The notes: generated from the sequence alone by a model not told the origin. 64,000 bases of DNA from an uncultured Spirochaetia bacterium (GCA_937877025.1 CALEGE010000030.1:34647-98646); one strand, 5' to 3'. Numbered from the stretch's first letter, positions 47,913-60,051 are shown. Numbers and translations: made by a program.

Positions 47913-48632
47913 TTATTTTATAAATCCTTTCGAGCGAAGTACGCAAAGTACGATCTGCGCGATTTCCTTGTTTGTAATCCGCGCAATGTTGATCGTTACG
48001 TCGTACGAAGCCGGATGCCGCGCGTCGAATTTGAGATACTGGGTCATGAAATCGTGACGCTCCTGGTCTTTTTTCTCTACCAGTTTTTCGGCTTCGAGCC
48101 GGTCCCTGATTTTTTTAAGTTCCATAATCCGCTGAATTCTGAAATTCAGCGGTGCGACAAAACGAAGGTGCACGCCGAATTGCAACGATCGTGTGATTTC
48201 CGCGCTGGCGCGGCCGACGATGATTGCGTGGCCGTGAATAGCCAGGCTTCTGATGGTTTGCACGAGTTTCTGGTAAACGGCCACTTGAGGCGGATAGTCC
48301 GTGAGCACCAAACGCCAGAATTCATTCATCTCTTCCCTGCGTTTCGTGTCGATCGTCTCTATCAAGGTTTTGGAAATGTTATGGTCTTCCTCGATTTTTT
48401 TAACAAGCTCCTTGTCATAGAATTTCCAGACGTCGGTGCCTTCATAACCGTTCATCTCGTCGGCGATCGCGGCGGCTATCGAGTTTGCGTCGCATCCGTA
48501 TTCGCGTGAAATTGTAATAAAAGGACGTGGCTCCTGCGGCTTTTCAATAAGGATCGTTTTTGATTTTTCCCACAGTTTAACCTGTTTCTGGATGGATCGT
48601 TCAAGTGTTGACTCTTTGACAATAGTGCTCAT
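47913..48632 (-). CDS. Cytidylate kinase-like family protein
   Basis: 'ITISREYGC', 'IIVGRAS', 'HLRFVAPLNFRIQR', 'YDVTIN'; RBS GAGGAG. Confidence 0.85.
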   Translation of the reverse strand: MSTIVKESTLERSIQKQVKLWEKSKTILIEKPQEPRPFITISREYGCDANSIAAAIADEMNGYEGTDVWKFYDKELVKKIEEDHNISKTLIETIDTKRREEMNEFWRLVLTDYPPQVAVYQKLVQTIRSLAIHGHAIIVGRASAEITRSLQFGVHLRFVAPLNFRIQRIMELKKIRDRLEAEKLVEKKDQERHDFMTQYLKFDARHPASYDVTINIARITNKEIAQIVLCVLRSKGFIK

Positions 48633-48908
48633 AATTGTGCTCCTCTTATAATTGCGGTTAAAATGATGTACGACAGATAAGGGACCTGAATTTAACGGCG
48701 CGCCAGCAAGACTGCACATGTGAATTGCGTATTATGAACTTATATATTACTGCCAATAGTTGTAATTCATTTTATATTAATCAATTCTTTTTGCTTCATA
48801 TGGATAAATTTTATGAATTATATATGCTGATGTTGTTATATTTTATTTTTACGCAATGCGGGGCGGCCGCGAATGGATACACGCATGCGCGGTTTCGGAG
48901 TGGATGTG

Positions 48909-50045
48909 TTATATGAAATTTTTTAGAAGTTCAAGAACTGCGTTATCGACGGTCCTGTATTCCCGCTTCAGCTCCCGCCTGATGGCGTCTATACGGCTGT
49001 CCCTTGTATAATCGGCGAGATAACGGAATTCGCCGATCCTTCTGCCTATGATGAAATTTCCCCTGTCATCGTCGCTCATGGAAAGATATCCGTCGATTAT
49101 ATCGAGCATTTGCTGTTTTCCGTCCGGGAACCTGCCCTCCACATCCTCAAGCAGGTTCATCATATGATCGCTCAAGAGTGCGCCGGTGAGGTCGCCAAGG
49201 TTCTCGATGAACAGGCGAAGCTCTCTGACCTTTTCATCCTCGGTGAGCGGGGTCCATGATTTCTCCGTCATCATGGCGTGAAGCTCCGTTCCCGGCAGCG
49301 GCACGGTGCTGCGTATTCTGATAAATGTGGGATTGATTGCTGTGACTACTTCCGCGGTGCGGAAGGCGTTCTCGTGCGTAAATTCCCTGCCGCCGAGTCC
49401 GGGCATGTAGTATTCCGATAGGTCAAAGCCCGCGCTCATTGCTTTCTGGCCTGCCATGATGTGCTCTTCCGCGGTAACGCCTTTCGATACCAGGCCGAGC
49501 ACCGTGTCGCTGCCGGATTCCATGCCGATATGCAGTCGTGACAGTCCAGCGTCTTTCAGTTGAACCAGCTCTTCGAGCGTTTTTTTGCTGATTGTCTTCG
49601 CCCGGGCGTAGGTCGTTATCCGCTCGATTGAAGGAAACTTCTCCCGCAGGTAGCCCAGTATTTCGACCAACTCCCGGGCGGGCAACAGCAAAGAATTGGC
49701 GTCCTGCAGAAACGCGGTTTTAATGCCGTGATAGAGCCAGAATGCCATCTGGCGGTAGTAGTACTCGGGAGTGTCGTCCTGCCCCCGCGCATGGGCAAGC
49801 ACCTCTTCGGTGATGCGGCCGTGCGTGCCCGAATTTTGCACGGCGTCTCGTATTCTGTCGGCGATTGCGCGCATGGCGTCGATATCGCTTTTTATTTCAT
49901 CGACACTCCGCCGGGAAAACGTCTGTCCCCTGTAGGTGGAACAGAAGGCGCATTTATTCCATGGGCAGTTGCGGGTAATACGCACAAGCAGGCTGTATGC
50001 CTCGCTCGGCGGTCTGATAGGTCCCAGTTCAAACGCATGGCTCAT
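48909..50045 (-). CDS. Radical SAM protein of unknown substrate
   Basis: 'GPIRPPSEA', CPWNKCAFC cluster motif, 'FLQDAN', 'HIGMESGSD', 'SDHMMN'. Confidence 0.9.
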   Translation of the reverse strand: MSHAFELGPIRPPSEAYSLLVRITRNCPWNKCAFCSTYRGQTFSRRSVDEIKSDIDAMRAIADRIRDAVQNSGTHGRITEEVLAHARGQDDTPEYYYRQMAFWLYHGIKTAFLQDANSLLLPARELVEILGYLREKFPSIERITTYARAKTISKKTLEELVQLKDAGLSRLHIGMESGSDTVLGLVSKGVTAEEHIMAGQKAMSAGFDLSEYYMPGLGGREFTHENAFRTAEVVTAINPTFIRIRSTVPLPGTELHAMMTEKSWTPLTEDEKVRELRLFIENLGDLTGALLSDHMMNLLEDVEGRFPDGKQQMLDIIDGYLSMSDDDRGNFIIGRRIGEFRYLADYTRDSRIDAIRRELKREYRTVDNAVLELLKNFI

Positions 50046-50190
50046 GAAATACACCTCGTGTTGATATCATGCCACTATGAAACCGGCGAAAACGACATTA
50101 CAAGTATTTTATCTCATTATAAAAATAATTTGACACAGGGGGTTAATCATTCTTATTGCTGAGTATCAAGGTTTTAAGGAGATTTATCAC

Positions 50191-51675
50191 ATGAATGAAG
50201 AGTTGTCTGACCTGATACAACAGAGAATAGACAAGGTGCGGGCCCTGCGCGAAAAGGGAGTCAATCCTTATCCGGTGCGGTTTGCGCGCGATTCCATAGC
50301 GCGCGATATAAAAGAGCAGTTCAAGGATGATGAACAGAAGAATGTGCGCGTGGCCGGGCGACTACGCTCGAAGCGGATAATGGGCAAGGCGTCGTTCGTG
50401 AATATAGAAGACGCCAGCGGATCGATTCAGGTGTATGCCCGGCTTGACGATCTTGGCGCTGAAAATTATGAAATATTCAAGCAGCTTGACCTCGGCGACA
50501 TCATCGGTGTCGCGGGATTCACGTTCCGAACAAAACAGGGTGAAATCAGCATCCACGCGCATGAGTTCAAGTTCCTTGCCAAGTGCATTCAGCCGCTGCC
50601 GGCGGTGAAAGAAAAGGACGGAGAGCTTTTTGATGAGTTCGCCGACAGGGAGCTGCGATACCGTCAGCGATACGTGGATCTTATCGTTTCGCCGAAATCG
50701 AAAAGCGACTTCATTATGCGCAGCCGCATTATTGCGGGCATTCGTGAATTTCTCACGAAACGGGGCTATATCGAAGTGGAAACCCCGATGATGCAGGCTA
50801 TCCCCGGGGGGGCCGCGGCGAAACCGTTTATCACGCATCACAATGCGCTGGACATCGACCTGTATCTCCGTATCGCGCCCGAGCTGTATCTCAAGCGCCT
50901 GCTTGTCGGTGGATTTGAAAAGGTTTTCGAGCTGAACAGAAATTTCAGAAACGAGGGAATTTCAACAAAGCATAATCCTGAATTCACGATGCTCGAGATG
51001 TACGAGGCGTACGCGGATTATCATACGATGATGCAGATCGCCGAGGAGATGGTTTCGACGCTTGCGCACAATTGTCTCGGCACAATGAAAATCGACTACC
51101 AGGGGACGCGCATCAATCTCGCGCCGCCGTGGGAGAAAATCACGTTTGTCGACATCATTAAGAAATATACCGGCGTTGATTTCAACGTCATTTCGAGCGT
51201 TGAAGAGGCGAGAAAAGCCGCTGCATCGGTTGGCGTGAAGGTCGATCCAGACCTGTCGGTGTGGAGGATCGCCAACGAAATTTTCGAGGATAAAGTTGAG
51301 AGCCAGCTTTTGCAGCCCACGTTTGTGATGGATTTCCCGAAAGAACTGTCGCCCCTCGCGAAATCGCGGGAGGACAACCCCGAGATTGTAGAGCGATTCG
51401 AGCCGTATATCGCCGGACGCGAAATCGGCAATGCCTTCAGCGAGCTGAACGATCCCTTTGATCAGCGGGCGCGATTCGAGGAACAGGTGCGGATGCGCGA
51501 GGCGGGAGACGAGGAGGCGCAGCGTATGGATTACGATTACATAAATGCGCTCGAATACGGCATGCCTCCCGCCGGAGGCATGGGTATCGGCATTGACCGT
51601 CTTGTGATGCTCTTTATCGATACGGCATCGATAAAAGATACCATCCTCTTTCCTTTGCTGCGCCCCGAGCGGTAA
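50191..51675 (+). CDS. lysS: Lysine--tRNA ligase (class II)
   Basis: OB fold 'MGKASF', 'RYRQRYVDL', '[13 protein letters not shown]', '[16 protein letters not shown]', '[16 protein letters not shown]'. Confidence 0.98.
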   Translation: MNEELSDLIQQRIDKVRALREKGVNPYPVRFARDSIARDIKEQFKDDEQKNVRVAGRLRSKRIMGKASFVNIEDASGSIQVYARLDDLGAENYEIFKQLDLGDIIGVAGFTFRTKQGEISIHAHEFKFLAKCIQPLPAVKEKDGELFDEFADRELRYRQRYVDLIVSPKSKSDFIMRSRIIAGIREFLTKRGYIEVETPMMQAIPGGAAAKPFITHHNALDIDLYLRIAPELYLKRLLVGGFEKVFELNRNFRNEGISTKHNPEFTMLEMYEAYADYHTMMQIAEEMVSTLAHNCLGTMKIDYQGTRINLAPPWEKITFVDIIKKYTGVDFNVISSVEEARKAAASVGVKVDPDLSVWRIANEIFEDKVESQLLQPTFVMDFPKELSPLAKSREDNPEIVERFEPYIAGREIGNAFSELNDPFDQRARFEEQVRMREAGDEEAQRMDYDYINALEYGMPPAGGMGIGIDRLVMLFIDTASIKDTILFPLLRPER

Positions 51676-51749
51676 GTGCGCATATGCTGTAGTGAATGGC
51701 GCTGCGCGGGAAGGCGCATATTACTATAAGATAACAGAGCGAGACAAAA

Positions 51750-52370
51750 ATGGGTATAACTGAATTTCTGGTTGTGTATATTACAAAAATGATCGCGTGG
51801 GGCGGCTATACGATGGTCGCATTGCTCATGGCGCTTGAAAGCATGATTGCGCCCGTGCCGAGCGAAGCCGTAATGCCGTTTGTGGGGTTCCTCATTGTTG
51901 AGCAGCAGTTTACCTTCGCGGGTGCGATATTCTTCAGCACACTGGGGAGCATCATCGGTTCATTGTTATCCTATTATATCGGACTGTACGGCGGCGAGCC
52001 TTTTGTCCGCCGGTTCGGCAGATACCTGCTTTTGGATCTTCACCACCTCGAGATTACGGAGCGGTTTTTCGCCAGGCATGGTGAGAAAGCCATTTTTATC
52101 AGCAGGTTTGTACCGGTGGTGCGGCATCTTATATCAATTCCCGCCGGCACCGGCAAGATGAATATTGTGAAGTTTTCCGTGTATACCGTTCTTGGCGCCG
52201 GACTCTGGAACGCGTTTTTGGCCTATGTCGGTTTTGTTTTGAAGGAGAACTGGGCGCAGGTGCGTAAATACTTATCGGCGGCGGATGTGCTGGTCATTAT
52301 TGCACTTGTGGGCGCCGTTGCGTATTTTATTTACAGGCGATTTAGAAATTCCAGGATGCAGGAAGGCTGA
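51750..52370 (+). CDS. DedA family membrane protein
   Basis: 'ESMIAPVPSEAVMPFVG', 'SRFVPVVRHLISIPAG'. Confidence 0.92.
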   Translation: MGITEFLVVYITKMIAWGGYTMVALLMALESMIAPVPSEAVMPFVGFLIVEQQFTFAGAIFFSTLGSIIGSLLSYYIGLYGGEPFVRRFGRYLLLDLHHLEITERFFARHGEKAIFISRFVPVVRHLISIPAGTGKMNIVKFSVYTVLGAGLWNAFLAYVGFVLKENWAQVRKYLSAADVLVIIALVGAVAYFIYRRFRNSRMQEG

Positions 52371-52388
52371 TTTTCAAATTAATGCCCG

Positions 52389-53282
52389 ATGACACGATCG
52401 CGAGCTATGACTGAAAGAAGCGATAAAAACACACCTGCTGCCATGTCGACACATCAGAACGCGCCGGGTGAGCGCGCTTTAACGATCGATATTAACGGGG
52501 CAACCGTTTCATACAAGAAAAGCGGCGCCGGCCCACCGCTGATCTATTTCCACGGTTGGATTGGAAACGAGGACTCCTTCGCGCCGTGTCACAGGGAGTT
52601 TGCCCGGCATTTTACGGTGTACCGTCCCGCCTGGCCGGGGTACGGCGGAAGTACGTCAGTGCCCGATTTCACTATTGAAGAAATAATTGAGATCGCAAAC
52701 GAATTCATTATACAGCTCGGCCTCAGCGATGTGACGATAATGGCGAACTGTCTTGGCGGTAATCTCGCTATTGAGCTTGCGAGGCGGTATCCGCGGCACA
52801 TCTGTCGCATGGTGCTGATTGAGGTGCACGCATATTTTCCGTTATATTTTTATCTTTTGCTTGTTCCCGGCCTTAACAGGCTGCTCTATACAACACTGTT
52901 AAAAAGCATGAGCGGACTGAATTTCCTCAATCTGTTCTTCCCGCTGAAAAACGACGAAGCCGGAAAAAGGAAAATGTACGCACGGGAGGGATTTCTGAGA
53001 ACCTCCGTTGACAGCGCGCTTGATTTTATCAGGGCGATGTACAGGTTTTCCCGTAAAAAGGAGGCGCAGTATATACAGCGTTATCGAAGCGATATTCCCG
53101 TGCTGTATGTGAAGGGCGGCAAAACATTCCGATCGGTGCGAAAATTTACGGAGCACGTGAATGAGTTTTTTACCGACCTTCAAATTGTGTCCATGCCGGA
53201 AAGCATGCATAATCCTGTGGCGGAGCAGCCCGAGCTTTTCAGCAGACTTGTTCTCGACGCTATGGGCTACGATGTTGAATAA
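52389..53282 (+). CDS. Alpha/beta hydrolase with Cys at the nucleophile elbow
   Basis: 'PLIYFHGW', 'PGYGGS', elbow ANCLGG, C-terminal 'SMHNP.AEQPELF'. Confidence 0.82.
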   Translation: MTRSRAMTERSDKNTPAAMSTHQNAPGERALTIDINGATVSYKKSGAGPPLIYFHGWIGNEDSFAPCHREFARHFTVYRPAWPGYGGSTSVPDFTIEEIIEIANEFIIQLGLSDVTIMANCLGGNLAIELARRYPRHICRMVLIEVHAYFPLYFYLLLVPGLNRLLYTTLLKSMSGLNFLNLFFPLKNDEAGKRKMYAREGFLRTSVDSALDFIRAMYRFSRKKEAQYIQRYRSDIPVLYVKGGKTFRSVRKFTEHVNEFFTDLQIVSMPESMHNPVAEQPELFSRLVLDAMGYDVE

Positions 53283-53442
53283 TCCCGCGCTGCTGTATCG
53301 CTCCGTCTGGCCCTGCCTGGATTGATGGCGCATGCGGGAAACATACTCCAGTCCCGCAAAAATATGATTGCGGGAAAGCCAGTATGCGGTCATACTCTAG
53401 ATAACAGATAATGAATTTGTGAGTTCCGAAGGGTGTGCGGTA

Positions 53443-54414
53443 ATGAATAAAAAAATCGTATTTCTTGACGCGGCGACGGTTGATTACGGCGATATTGATA
53501 CCGCTCCCCTTGAGTCAGTTGGCGAATATACCGCATTTGCGACAACGTCAACGAGTGAAATACAATCGCGTGTGGCGGGAGCGGGTGTACTTATCACGAA
53601 CAAGGTGCGTGTTGATGAATCGGTTCTTGCGATGTGTGATGATCTTCGAGCAATTGCAGTCGCGGCGACAGGATATAATAATATCGATATCGCGGCGGCG
53701 AAAAGAAGGGGAGTGGCGGTGGCCAATGTGCCTGCCTATTCCACGTCGTCAGTTGCGCAGTGTACAATGGCGTGTGTGCTCGCCTGCGCGACGAATCTGG
53801 TGCGCTACAACAGCGCGGCGCATGATGGAAGATGGAGCGAATCGCCCATTTTTACGCTGGGAACCTGGCCGTTCAGCGATGTTCGCGGAAAGGTTATGGG
53901 AATCATGGGAATGGGGGCGATCGGGAAAGAGGTTGCCCGGCTGGCATCGGCGTTCGGCATGAAAATCGTCGCGTTGAAAAGAGAAAACATGGCATACACC
54001 GACGATGTCGAGAGGATGTCCCTGTACGAACTGGCGGAAATCTCTGATTATGTGTCGGTGCACATGCCGCTTACCGCAGCCACACGGCATTTGATCGGCG
54101 ACAGGTTTTTTCAGAAGATGAAGCCGTCGGCGTTTCTCATTAATATGGCGCGCGGCGCAATAATCGATTCCGCGGCGCTGAACAGGGCGCTGCGGAGCGG
54201 ACGGATTGCGGGTGCCGCTCTTGATGTAATGGAGCAAGAACCGCCATCGAGCGACGACCCGCTGCTTTCCGCTCCGAACTGCATTATTACGCCGCATGTG
54301 GCGTGGGCCAGCAGGGAATCGCGACAGAGGCTTATCAATGAAATTGCGGAAAATATAGGCGCTTTCTTCAATGGAGAGCTTCGCAACAGGATTGATACGT
54401 TGGACGATATCTGA
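53443..54414 (+). CDS. D-2-hydroxyacid dehydrogenase (glycerate dehydrogenase/HprA-like)
   Basis: 'ATGYNNID', GMGAIG, 'INMARG', 'LDVMEQEPP', 'ITPHVAWAS'. Confidence 0.9.
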   Translation: MNKKIVFLDAATVDYGDIDTAPLESVGEYTAFATTSTSEIQSRVAGAGVLITNKVRVDESVLAMCDDLRAIAVAATGYNNIDIAAAKRRGVAVANVPAYSTSSVAQCTMACVLACATNLVRYNSAAHDGRWSESPIFTLGTWPFSDVRGKVMGIMGMGAIGKEVARLASAFGMKIVALKRENMAYTDDVERMSLYELAEISDYVSVHMPLTAATRHLIGDRFFQKMKPSAFLINMARGAIIDSAALNRALRSGRIAGAALDVMEQEPPSSDDPLLSAPNCIITPHVAWASRESRQRLINEIAENIGAFFNGELRNRIDTLDDI

Positions 54415-54435
54415 CGGGGCGCCGGGAGGTAATCA

Positions 54436-55278
54436 ATGGATCTGTTTGGAATTGTAGGTGCGGGGTTAATGGGAACCGATCTCGCGTTGTTTATCGCGGA
54501 ATCAGGGAACAGAGTGGTTTTATGCGACAATGACCGCAGGGCGCTCGATATCTCCGAGCAGAAGATGACAACACGGCTGAAGAAATATGTCGACAAGGGG
54601 AAAATGGTCCAGGCCACGGCGGATGAGATTCTTTCGCGGATCGTGATTCATGCCAATCTGCACGGATTTCCCGACGTGGATGTCGCGATCGAATGCGTTA
54701 CGGAAGAGCTCGAAATAAAGCGGGAGGTTTTCAGGCAGCTTGACGAGCTGTGCAAGCCCGGCGTAATTCTCGCGTCGAACACGTCGTCAAAATCCATCAC
54801 CGCGATAGCCGCTGCGACGCGAAGGCCCGAATCGGTCATTGGCATTCACTTTATGAATCCGGTGAGGGCGATGCGGCTTGTCGAGATAGTCTGCGGGTTG
54901 GCGACAACGCGTGAGACATTTGAAACGGCGAAGCATGTCGTGAAACACTTCGGAAAGGAATATGTCGAGGTTCGGGACTATCCCGGTTTCATCTCCAACA
55001 GGATTCTGATGCCCATGATCAACGAGGCGATCTTCGCGTTATACGAGGATGCCGGAACGGTGGAAGCGATTGACAAGGTCATGAAGCTCGGCATGAACCA
55101 GCCGATGGGCCCCCTGGAGCTTGCCGATCTGATAGGTCTTGATATTGTGCTGGCTGTACTGGAAGAGTTGTTCAAGGGATTCGGCGATCCAAAGTACAGA
55201 CCGTGCCCGCTTTTGAAACGGTATGTCGCGGCGGGGTACCTGGGCAGAAAGTCCGGCAGGGGATTTTATACGTATTAA
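54436..55278 (+). CDS. hbd: 3-hydroxybutyryl-CoA/3-hydroxyacyl-CoA dehydrogenase
   Basis: GAGLMG, 'ASNTSS', 'GIHFMNP', 'PGFISNR', 'PMGPLELADLIGLD', 'LGRKSGRGFY'. Confidence 0.9.
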   Translation: MDLFGIVGAGLMGTDLALFIAESGNRVVLCDNDRRALDISEQKMTTRLKKYVDKGKMVQATADEILSRIVIHANLHGFPDVDVAIECVTEELEIKREVFRQLDELCKPGVILASNTSSKSITAIAAATRRPESVIGIHFMNPVRAMRLVEIVCGLATTRETFETAKHVVKHFGKEYVEVRDYPGFISNRILMPMINEAIFALYEDAGTVEAIDKVMKLGMNQPMGPLELADLIGLDIVLAVLEELFKGFGDPKYRPCPLLKRYVAAGYLGRKSGRGFYTY

Positions 55279-55320
55279 ACCGGATTCACGATGCCGCACG
55301 AAAGCGCCGCCGCGGCGCGG

Positions 55321-56163
55321 CTACTCAAATTTCATTGAAAGATCGAAGGCCTTTACCGAATGGGTAAGCGCGCCTATCGATATATAGTCCACGCCCAGTG
55401 ATTTCACGTCGTCGAGCCGCCGTTCGTCAATATTGCCGGATATCTCGGTTTTCGCCCTGCCGCCGATTACCTCGACGGCGTTCCGCATGAGAGGGACGGT
55501 CATGTTATCGAGCATTATAATATCCGCGCCCGCGGCAAGTGCCTCGCGCACCTCTTCGATCGTGGTGGTTTCCACCTCGACACGATATTTTGAACCGTAG
55601 GAGTTTCGTATTTTTTCAACCGCGTTGCTAATACCGCCGGCTGCTGCGATATGGTTGTCTTTAATCATGACCATGTCGAAAAGCCCCATGCGGTGATTCG
55701 TTCCGCCTCCGGCCTTTACCGCGTATTTGTCCAGAAGGCGGAAGCCCGGCAGCGTTTTGCGGGTGTCGAGCACGGTAATGCCCGTGCCGGCGAGCATGTC
55801 GCATATTGTGCGCGTGCGTGTTGCTATGCCGCACATGCGTTGAAGAAAATTCAGCACGGTGCGCTCGCCCGTAAGAAGCCCTCCGGTGGGGCCGTGCATC
55901 GTAAGCGCGGTCTCGCCCGATGCGATTGCGTCGCCGTCGTGCTTGACCGCGGTTACCGAGATTGTGGGATCGATGCGCCGGTACACGAACGCTGCGATGG
56001 AACTTCCGCAGAATATGCCGTTTTCTTTCGCGATGATGCGGGCGTCTGAAACCTCGCTTCCCTCAAAGATCGCGAGCGATGTTACATCGCCGTCGCCGAT
56101 ATCCTCGCGAAGGGCGCGCTCTATGAGGGGAGCGATGTCGTTGTCGTTGATAAAAATTTTCAT
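55321..56163 (-). CDS. nadC: Nicotinate-nucleotide pyrophosphorylase (quinolinate phosphoribosyltransferase)
   Basis: '[10 protein letters not shown]', 'DTRKTLPG', '[14 protein letters not shown]', 'IMLDN', 'SIGALTHS'. Confidence 0.96.
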   Translation of the reverse strand: MKIFINDNDIAPLIERALREDIGDGDVTSLAIFEGSEVSDARIIAKENGIFCGSSIAAFVYRRIDPTISVTAVKHDGDAIASGETALTMHGPTGGLLTGERTVLNFLQRMCGIATRTRTICDMLAGTGITVLDTRKTLPGFRLLDKYAVKAGGGTNHRMGLFDMVMIKDNHIAAAGGISNAVEKIRNSYGSKYRVEVETTTIEEVREALAAGADIIMLDNMTVPLMRNAVEVIGGRAKTEISGNIDERRLDDVKSLGVDYISIGALTHSVKAFDLSMKFE

Positions 56164-58166
56164 TTCTTTGCCTTTCCCAGCAGTAGTATCTTGTTTTCAA
56201 TTTCCATCATTTGGTCGCGCAGTACGGCCGCCTTCTCGAATTCCATGTTTTCCGCCGCTGCGAGCATGTCGTCTTTGATTGTCGTGCTCAGCTTTTTAAG
56301 CGTCTCGATGTTTGCTGATTTATATGCTGTTTTGTAATCGGCCACGTAGTCGGCCAGCATATCGTCGCTGCGATACTCGCGCTCAATGATATCGAGAATG
56401 TCCTTGGAGATAGAAGTCGGCGTGATATTGTGCTCGGCGTTGTAGTTTGTCTGAATCTCCCTGCGCCGTCCGGTCTCATCGATTGCCCGCTGCATCGAAT
56501 CGGTGACGGTATCGGCGTACATGATGACGTGGCCGTGCAGGTTTCGGGCCGCGCGCCCCGCAGTCTGGATAAGCGAGCGTGCTGAGCGCAGAAAGCCTTC
56601 CTTGTCAGCGTCGAGGATAGCGACGAGCGACACTTCCGGGATGTCGAGCCCCTCCCGCAAAAGATTGATGCCGACGAGGCAATCGAACAGCCCTTTGCGC
56701 AGGTCACGTATGATTTCAACGCGTTCGATAGTTTCAATTTCGGAGTGGAGATACTTCGCCTTGATGCCGGCGTTTTCAAGATAGGTGGTAAGATCTTCCG
56801 CCATCTTTTTTGTAAGGGTTGTGACAAGCACACGCTCGCTTACCGCAACGCGTTTTCGCACCTCGCCGATGAGGTCGTCAACCTGATTGAGCGCCGGCCG
56901 CACCTCGATGGCTGGATCGACAAGTCCGGTTGGGCGCAGCACCTGCTCGACGATCCGGGCGCTGGTTTCCATCTCGTAATCGGCCGGCGTCGCGGATACA
57001 AACACGACCTGATCGATGCTTTTCTCGAATTCACCGAAATAAAGGGGGCGGTTGTCGAGCGCGGAGGGCAGCCTGAATCCATACTCAACGAGATTCATCT
57101 TGCGCGATCTGTCGCCCTCGAACATGCCGCGGACCTGAGGAATGGTGACATGCGATTCATCGATGAACATGACGTAATTGCCCTTGAAATAATCGAGAAG
57201 GCATGCGGGCGGTTCGCCGGACTGTCTGCGCCCGATGATACGGGAATAATTTTCGATGCCGCTGCAGTAACCCATCTCCAAAAGCATTTCCATGTCGTAG
57301 CGCGTTCTGCTTTCAAGGCGCTGCGCCTCTACCAGTTTGCCCTCCGTGTTGAGTACGCGAAGCCGTTCTTCAAGCTCTTCGCCGATAAGCCTCACTGTTT
57401 CTTTCATCTCTTCGGGAGGGGATACGAAGTGCTTTGCGGGGTAAATATAAAGCTGCTTCAGTTCCTCGGTTTTTGCGCCAGTCAGGGGATTGATGCGGTA
57501 CAGGCGTTCGATCGTGTCGCCGAAAAATTCGATTCTGAGTGCGTCCTGTAGGTAGGCGGGGAACACCTCCACGACATCGCCGCGTACCCTGAAGGTGCCC
57601 CGAATAAAAGAGATATTGTTGCGCTCGTAATGAATCGATACGAGCTTTTTCAACAATTCGTCACGGTCGTAATCCTCATCGGCATGAAGCCTGATGTGCA
57701 TGCGCTCGAAATCGCCGGGGCTTCCGAGGCCGTAGATGCACGAAACCGACGATACGACGATGACATCGTCGCGCTCGAGGATGGACGACGTCGCTTTGAG
57801 CCTGAGCCTGTCGATCTCGTCATTGATTGACGCGTCCTTTTCAATGTAGAGGTCGCGGGAAACCACGTACGCCTCGGGCTGGTAATAATCGTAATATGAT
57901 ACAAAATACTCAACGGCGTTTTGTGGAAAAAATTCGCTGAATTCACGGTAGAGCTGCGCCGCGAGCGTCTTGTTGTGCGTAAGTACGAGGGCCGGTTTTT
58001 GAATGTTTTCGATAACCTTGGCCATGGTAAATGTTTTACCCGAACCGGTAACGCCCAGCAGCGTCTGATGCTTCAGTCCCGATTGAATTCCATCGGAGAG
58101 CAGTTCGATCGCTTGTGCCTGATCGCCGGATGGCGTATATCGTGAATGTACCTTGAATTGTGGCAT
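56160..58166 (-). CDS. uvrB: Excinuclease ABC subunit B
   Basis: GVTGSGKT, '[10 protein letters not shown]', DESH, '[13 protein letters not shown]', 'QTAGRAARN', C-terminal UVR domain. Confidence 0.98.
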   Translation of the reverse strand: MPQFKVHSRYTPSGDQAQAIELLSDGIQSGLKHQTLLGVTGSGKTFTMAKVIENIQKPALVLTHNKTLAAQLYREFSEFFPQNAVEYFVSYYDYYQPEAYVVSRDLYIEKDASINDEIDRLRLKATSSILERDDVIVVSSVSCIYGLGSPGDFERMHIRLHADEDYDRDELLKKLVSIHYERNNISFIRGTFRVRGDVVEVFPAYLQDALRIEFFGDTIERLYRINPLTGAKTEELKQLYIYPAKHFVSPPEEMKETVRLIGEELEERLRVLNTEGKLVEAQRLESRTRYDMEMLLEMGYCSGIENYSRIIGRRQSGEPPACLLDYFKGNYVMFIDESHVTIPQVRGMFEGDRSRKMNLVEYGFRLPSALDNRPLYFGEFEKSIDQVVFVSATPADYEMETSARIVEQVLRPTGLVDPAIEVRPALNQVDDLIGEVRKRVAVSERVLVTTLTKKMAEDLTTYLENAGIKAKYLHSEIETIERVEIIRDLRKGLFDCLVGINLLREGLDIPEVSLVAILDADKEGFLRSARSLIQTAGRAARNLHGHVIMYADTVTDSMQRAIDETGRRREIQTNYNAEHNITPTSISKDILDIIEREYRSDDMLADYVADYKTAYKSANIETLKKLSTTIKDDMLAAAENMEFEKAAVLRDQMMEIENKILLLGKAKK

Positions 58167-58174
58167 GTCGCTCC

Positions 58175-58804
58175 TTACGTACGCTTACGCGAAGAAAACC
58201 TTCTGCCATTCAGGATAAAAAAGCCATATTGTGCGCACAGGTTCGGCATTACCCGTATCAGGCGCGATGCGCCGCTGGGCCGCAGGGAAAAATGGCGCTC
58301 GTTTCTTACCGGGTAGTCGTGCTTTGCGCAGTAATTCTGAAAGTCCCTGATGGAGAGAAAATGGATTGTCGGCGATGCGTACCAGTCGTACGGAAACAGG
58401 CTGTTTTTCGGCATCGTGCCCCTGGAGAGCAAATGCAGCCGGGTTGTCACATACCCGAGGTTCGGGAAGCTGATAATGGCGTTATGGCATATCCGCATTA
58501 TCTCCTGCAACACAAACTGCGGTTTCTTGACGTCCTGCAGGGTCTGGTTGAGGATTACATAATCAAATGAATTATCCCGGTAATCGGAAAGGCCGTCGTC
58601 GATGTCGCCCTGATAGCAGTATAATCCTTTTTCAAGGCATTTGCTGACGCCCTCCGCGGAAAGCTCGACGCCGTATCCGTCAATTTTCCTCAGATTTCTC
58701 AGTGTTTCGAGCAATACGCCGTCGCCGCACCCGAGGTCGAGCACGCGGGCGCCGAATGGGATTTCACTGAGAATCAGGTCATATCCCGCGCGCGTGGTAT
58801 CCAT
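58175..58804 (-). CDS. metW: Methionine biosynthesis protein MetW
   Basis: 'VLDLGCGDG', '[11 protein letters not shown]', 'ISFPN', '[11 protein letters not shown]'; overlaps metX. Confidence 0.92.
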   Translation of the reverse strand: MDTTRAGYDLILSEIPFGARVLDLGCGDGVLLETLRNLRKIDGYGVELSAEGVSKCLEKGLYCYQGDIDDGLSDYRDNSFDYVILNQTLQDVKKPQFVLQEIMRICHNAIISFPNLGYVTTRLHLLSRGTMPKNSLFPYDWYASPTIHFLSIRDFQNYCAKHDYPVRNERHFSLRPSGASRLIRVMPNLCAQYGFFILNGRRFSSRKRT

Positions 58805-59978
58805 TGCTGTTCCGTATCCTGTCAAATTCGCTTCGCAAAAAATTCGCGACATTGCGCTGTGTCCGTTCGTCATCGAGCAGAAACGTGTCGTGGCCGAAGT
58901 CCGATTCGATCTCGGTGTATACCGCGTGTATGCCGTTCGCGCGCAGCGCCCGCATTATTTCCCTGGACTGCTCGCTCGGATAGAGCCAGTCGGACGTGTA
59001 GCTGATCAGGAGAAAATCGGCTGACACATTTTCAAACGCTTTCATGAGGCTGCCGCCGTAGTCCGCCCTCAGGTCGAAATAATCTATCGCCTTGGTGATA
59101 TAGAGAAACGAATTCGCGTCGAATCTGCTGACAAATTTGATTCCCTGATGGTGCAGGTACGATTCTACCATAAACTCAGAATCGAAATTGAATGAAAACA
59201 GGTCCGAGTTCTGAAGTTTTCTGCCGAATTTTTCGTGCATCAGCTTTTCACTCATGTACGTAATGTGTCCGATCATGCGGGCGAGGGCGAGTCCGTCGTG
59301 CGGCTTTTCCGAGTGATAATAATTTCCGTTGTTCCAACGGGGGTCCCTGAATATCGCCTGCCGTGCGACTTCGTTAAACGCGATGCCCTGTGCGGAAAGT
59401 GAGCTCGATGTTGCGATTGCGACAACCGATTGCACCATGTCCGGATATGATATCGCCCACTGGAGCGCCTGCATGCCGCCCATCGATCCGCCAGCGGCCG
59501 CGAGCAGCCTGGGAATCCCGAGGTGCCGCACAAGATGCCATTGCGCGTTGACCATGTCGCTGATTGTGACGATGGGGAAATCCAGCGCGTATTCCCTGCC
59601 AGTGCCTGGATTGATCGATGACGGCCCAGTGGAGCCGTTGCATCCTCCTATTACGTTCGAGCAGAGTATGAAATACTTGTTCGTGTCGAATATTTTTCCG
59701 GGGCCGATGTAGGTGTCCCACCATCCGGGGTACAGATCGTCCGGGCCGTGATATCCCGCGGCGTGCGCCGTTCCCGAGAGGGCATGCAGAATCAGAATCG
59801 CATTGCTCCGGTCTTCGTTCAGTTCGCCGTACGTCTCGTAGGCAAGCGTAACCGGGCCGATTTTTTTCCCCGATGTGAGTAAAAGATCATGCGGCGGATT
59901 CGCGAATGTATAATACTTTGTCGTGACAAATCCAACCGAATCGCCTGGTATTTCAAGTATGCCGTTCGTGTGTTTCAT
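58779..59978 (-). CDS. metX: Homoserine O-acyltransferase MetX
   Basis: '[10 protein letters not shown]', 'HALSG', 'GSTGPSS', GGSMGG, 'RFDANS', 'GHDTFL'. Confidence 0.96.
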   Translation of the reverse strand: MKHTNGILEIPGDSVGFVTTKYYTFANPPHDLLLTSGKKIGPVTLAYETYGELNEDRSNAILILHALSGTAHAAGYHGPDDLYPGWWDTYIGPGKIFDTNKYFILCSNVIGGCNGSTGPSSINPGTGREYALDFPIVTISDMVNAQWHLVRHLGIPRLLAAAGGSMGGMQALQWAISYPDMVQSVVAIATSSSLSAQGIAFNEVARQAIFRDPRWNNGNYYHSEKPHDGLALARMIGHITYMSEKLMHEKFGRKLQNSDLFSFNFDSEFMVESYLHHQGIKFVSRFDANSFLYITKAIDYFDLRADYGGSLMKAFENVSADFLLISYTSDWLYPSEQSREIMRALRANGIHAVYTEIESDFGHDTFLLDDERTQRNVANFLRSEFDRIRNSNGYHARGI

Positions 59979-60002
59979 CTGCCAGATATCGTTCCATAAA
60001 AT

Positions 60003-60037
60003 AAAAAAACCGCCTCTCGAATATATGGATAGCGGTT
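60003..60037 (-). terminator. Riboswitch expression-platform terminator
   Basis: AACCGC...GCGGUU stem then U-run; its 5' arm (CUAUCCAU) can alternatively pair with the P1 3' strand (AUGGGAUAG). Confidence 0.8.
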
Positions 60038-60051
60038 CATTGAATAACCTA

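Noticed and set aside
48725-48916. 63-aa AT-rich ORF and imperfect TTATGAA(C)TTATATAT direct repeats
   Set aside because: Low-complexity intergenic DNA with no RBS; the repeats are plausible by chance
48909-50045. Radical SAM as a RiPP maturase
   Set aside because: No SPASM/twitch Cys motif and no adjacent precursor peptide or transporter
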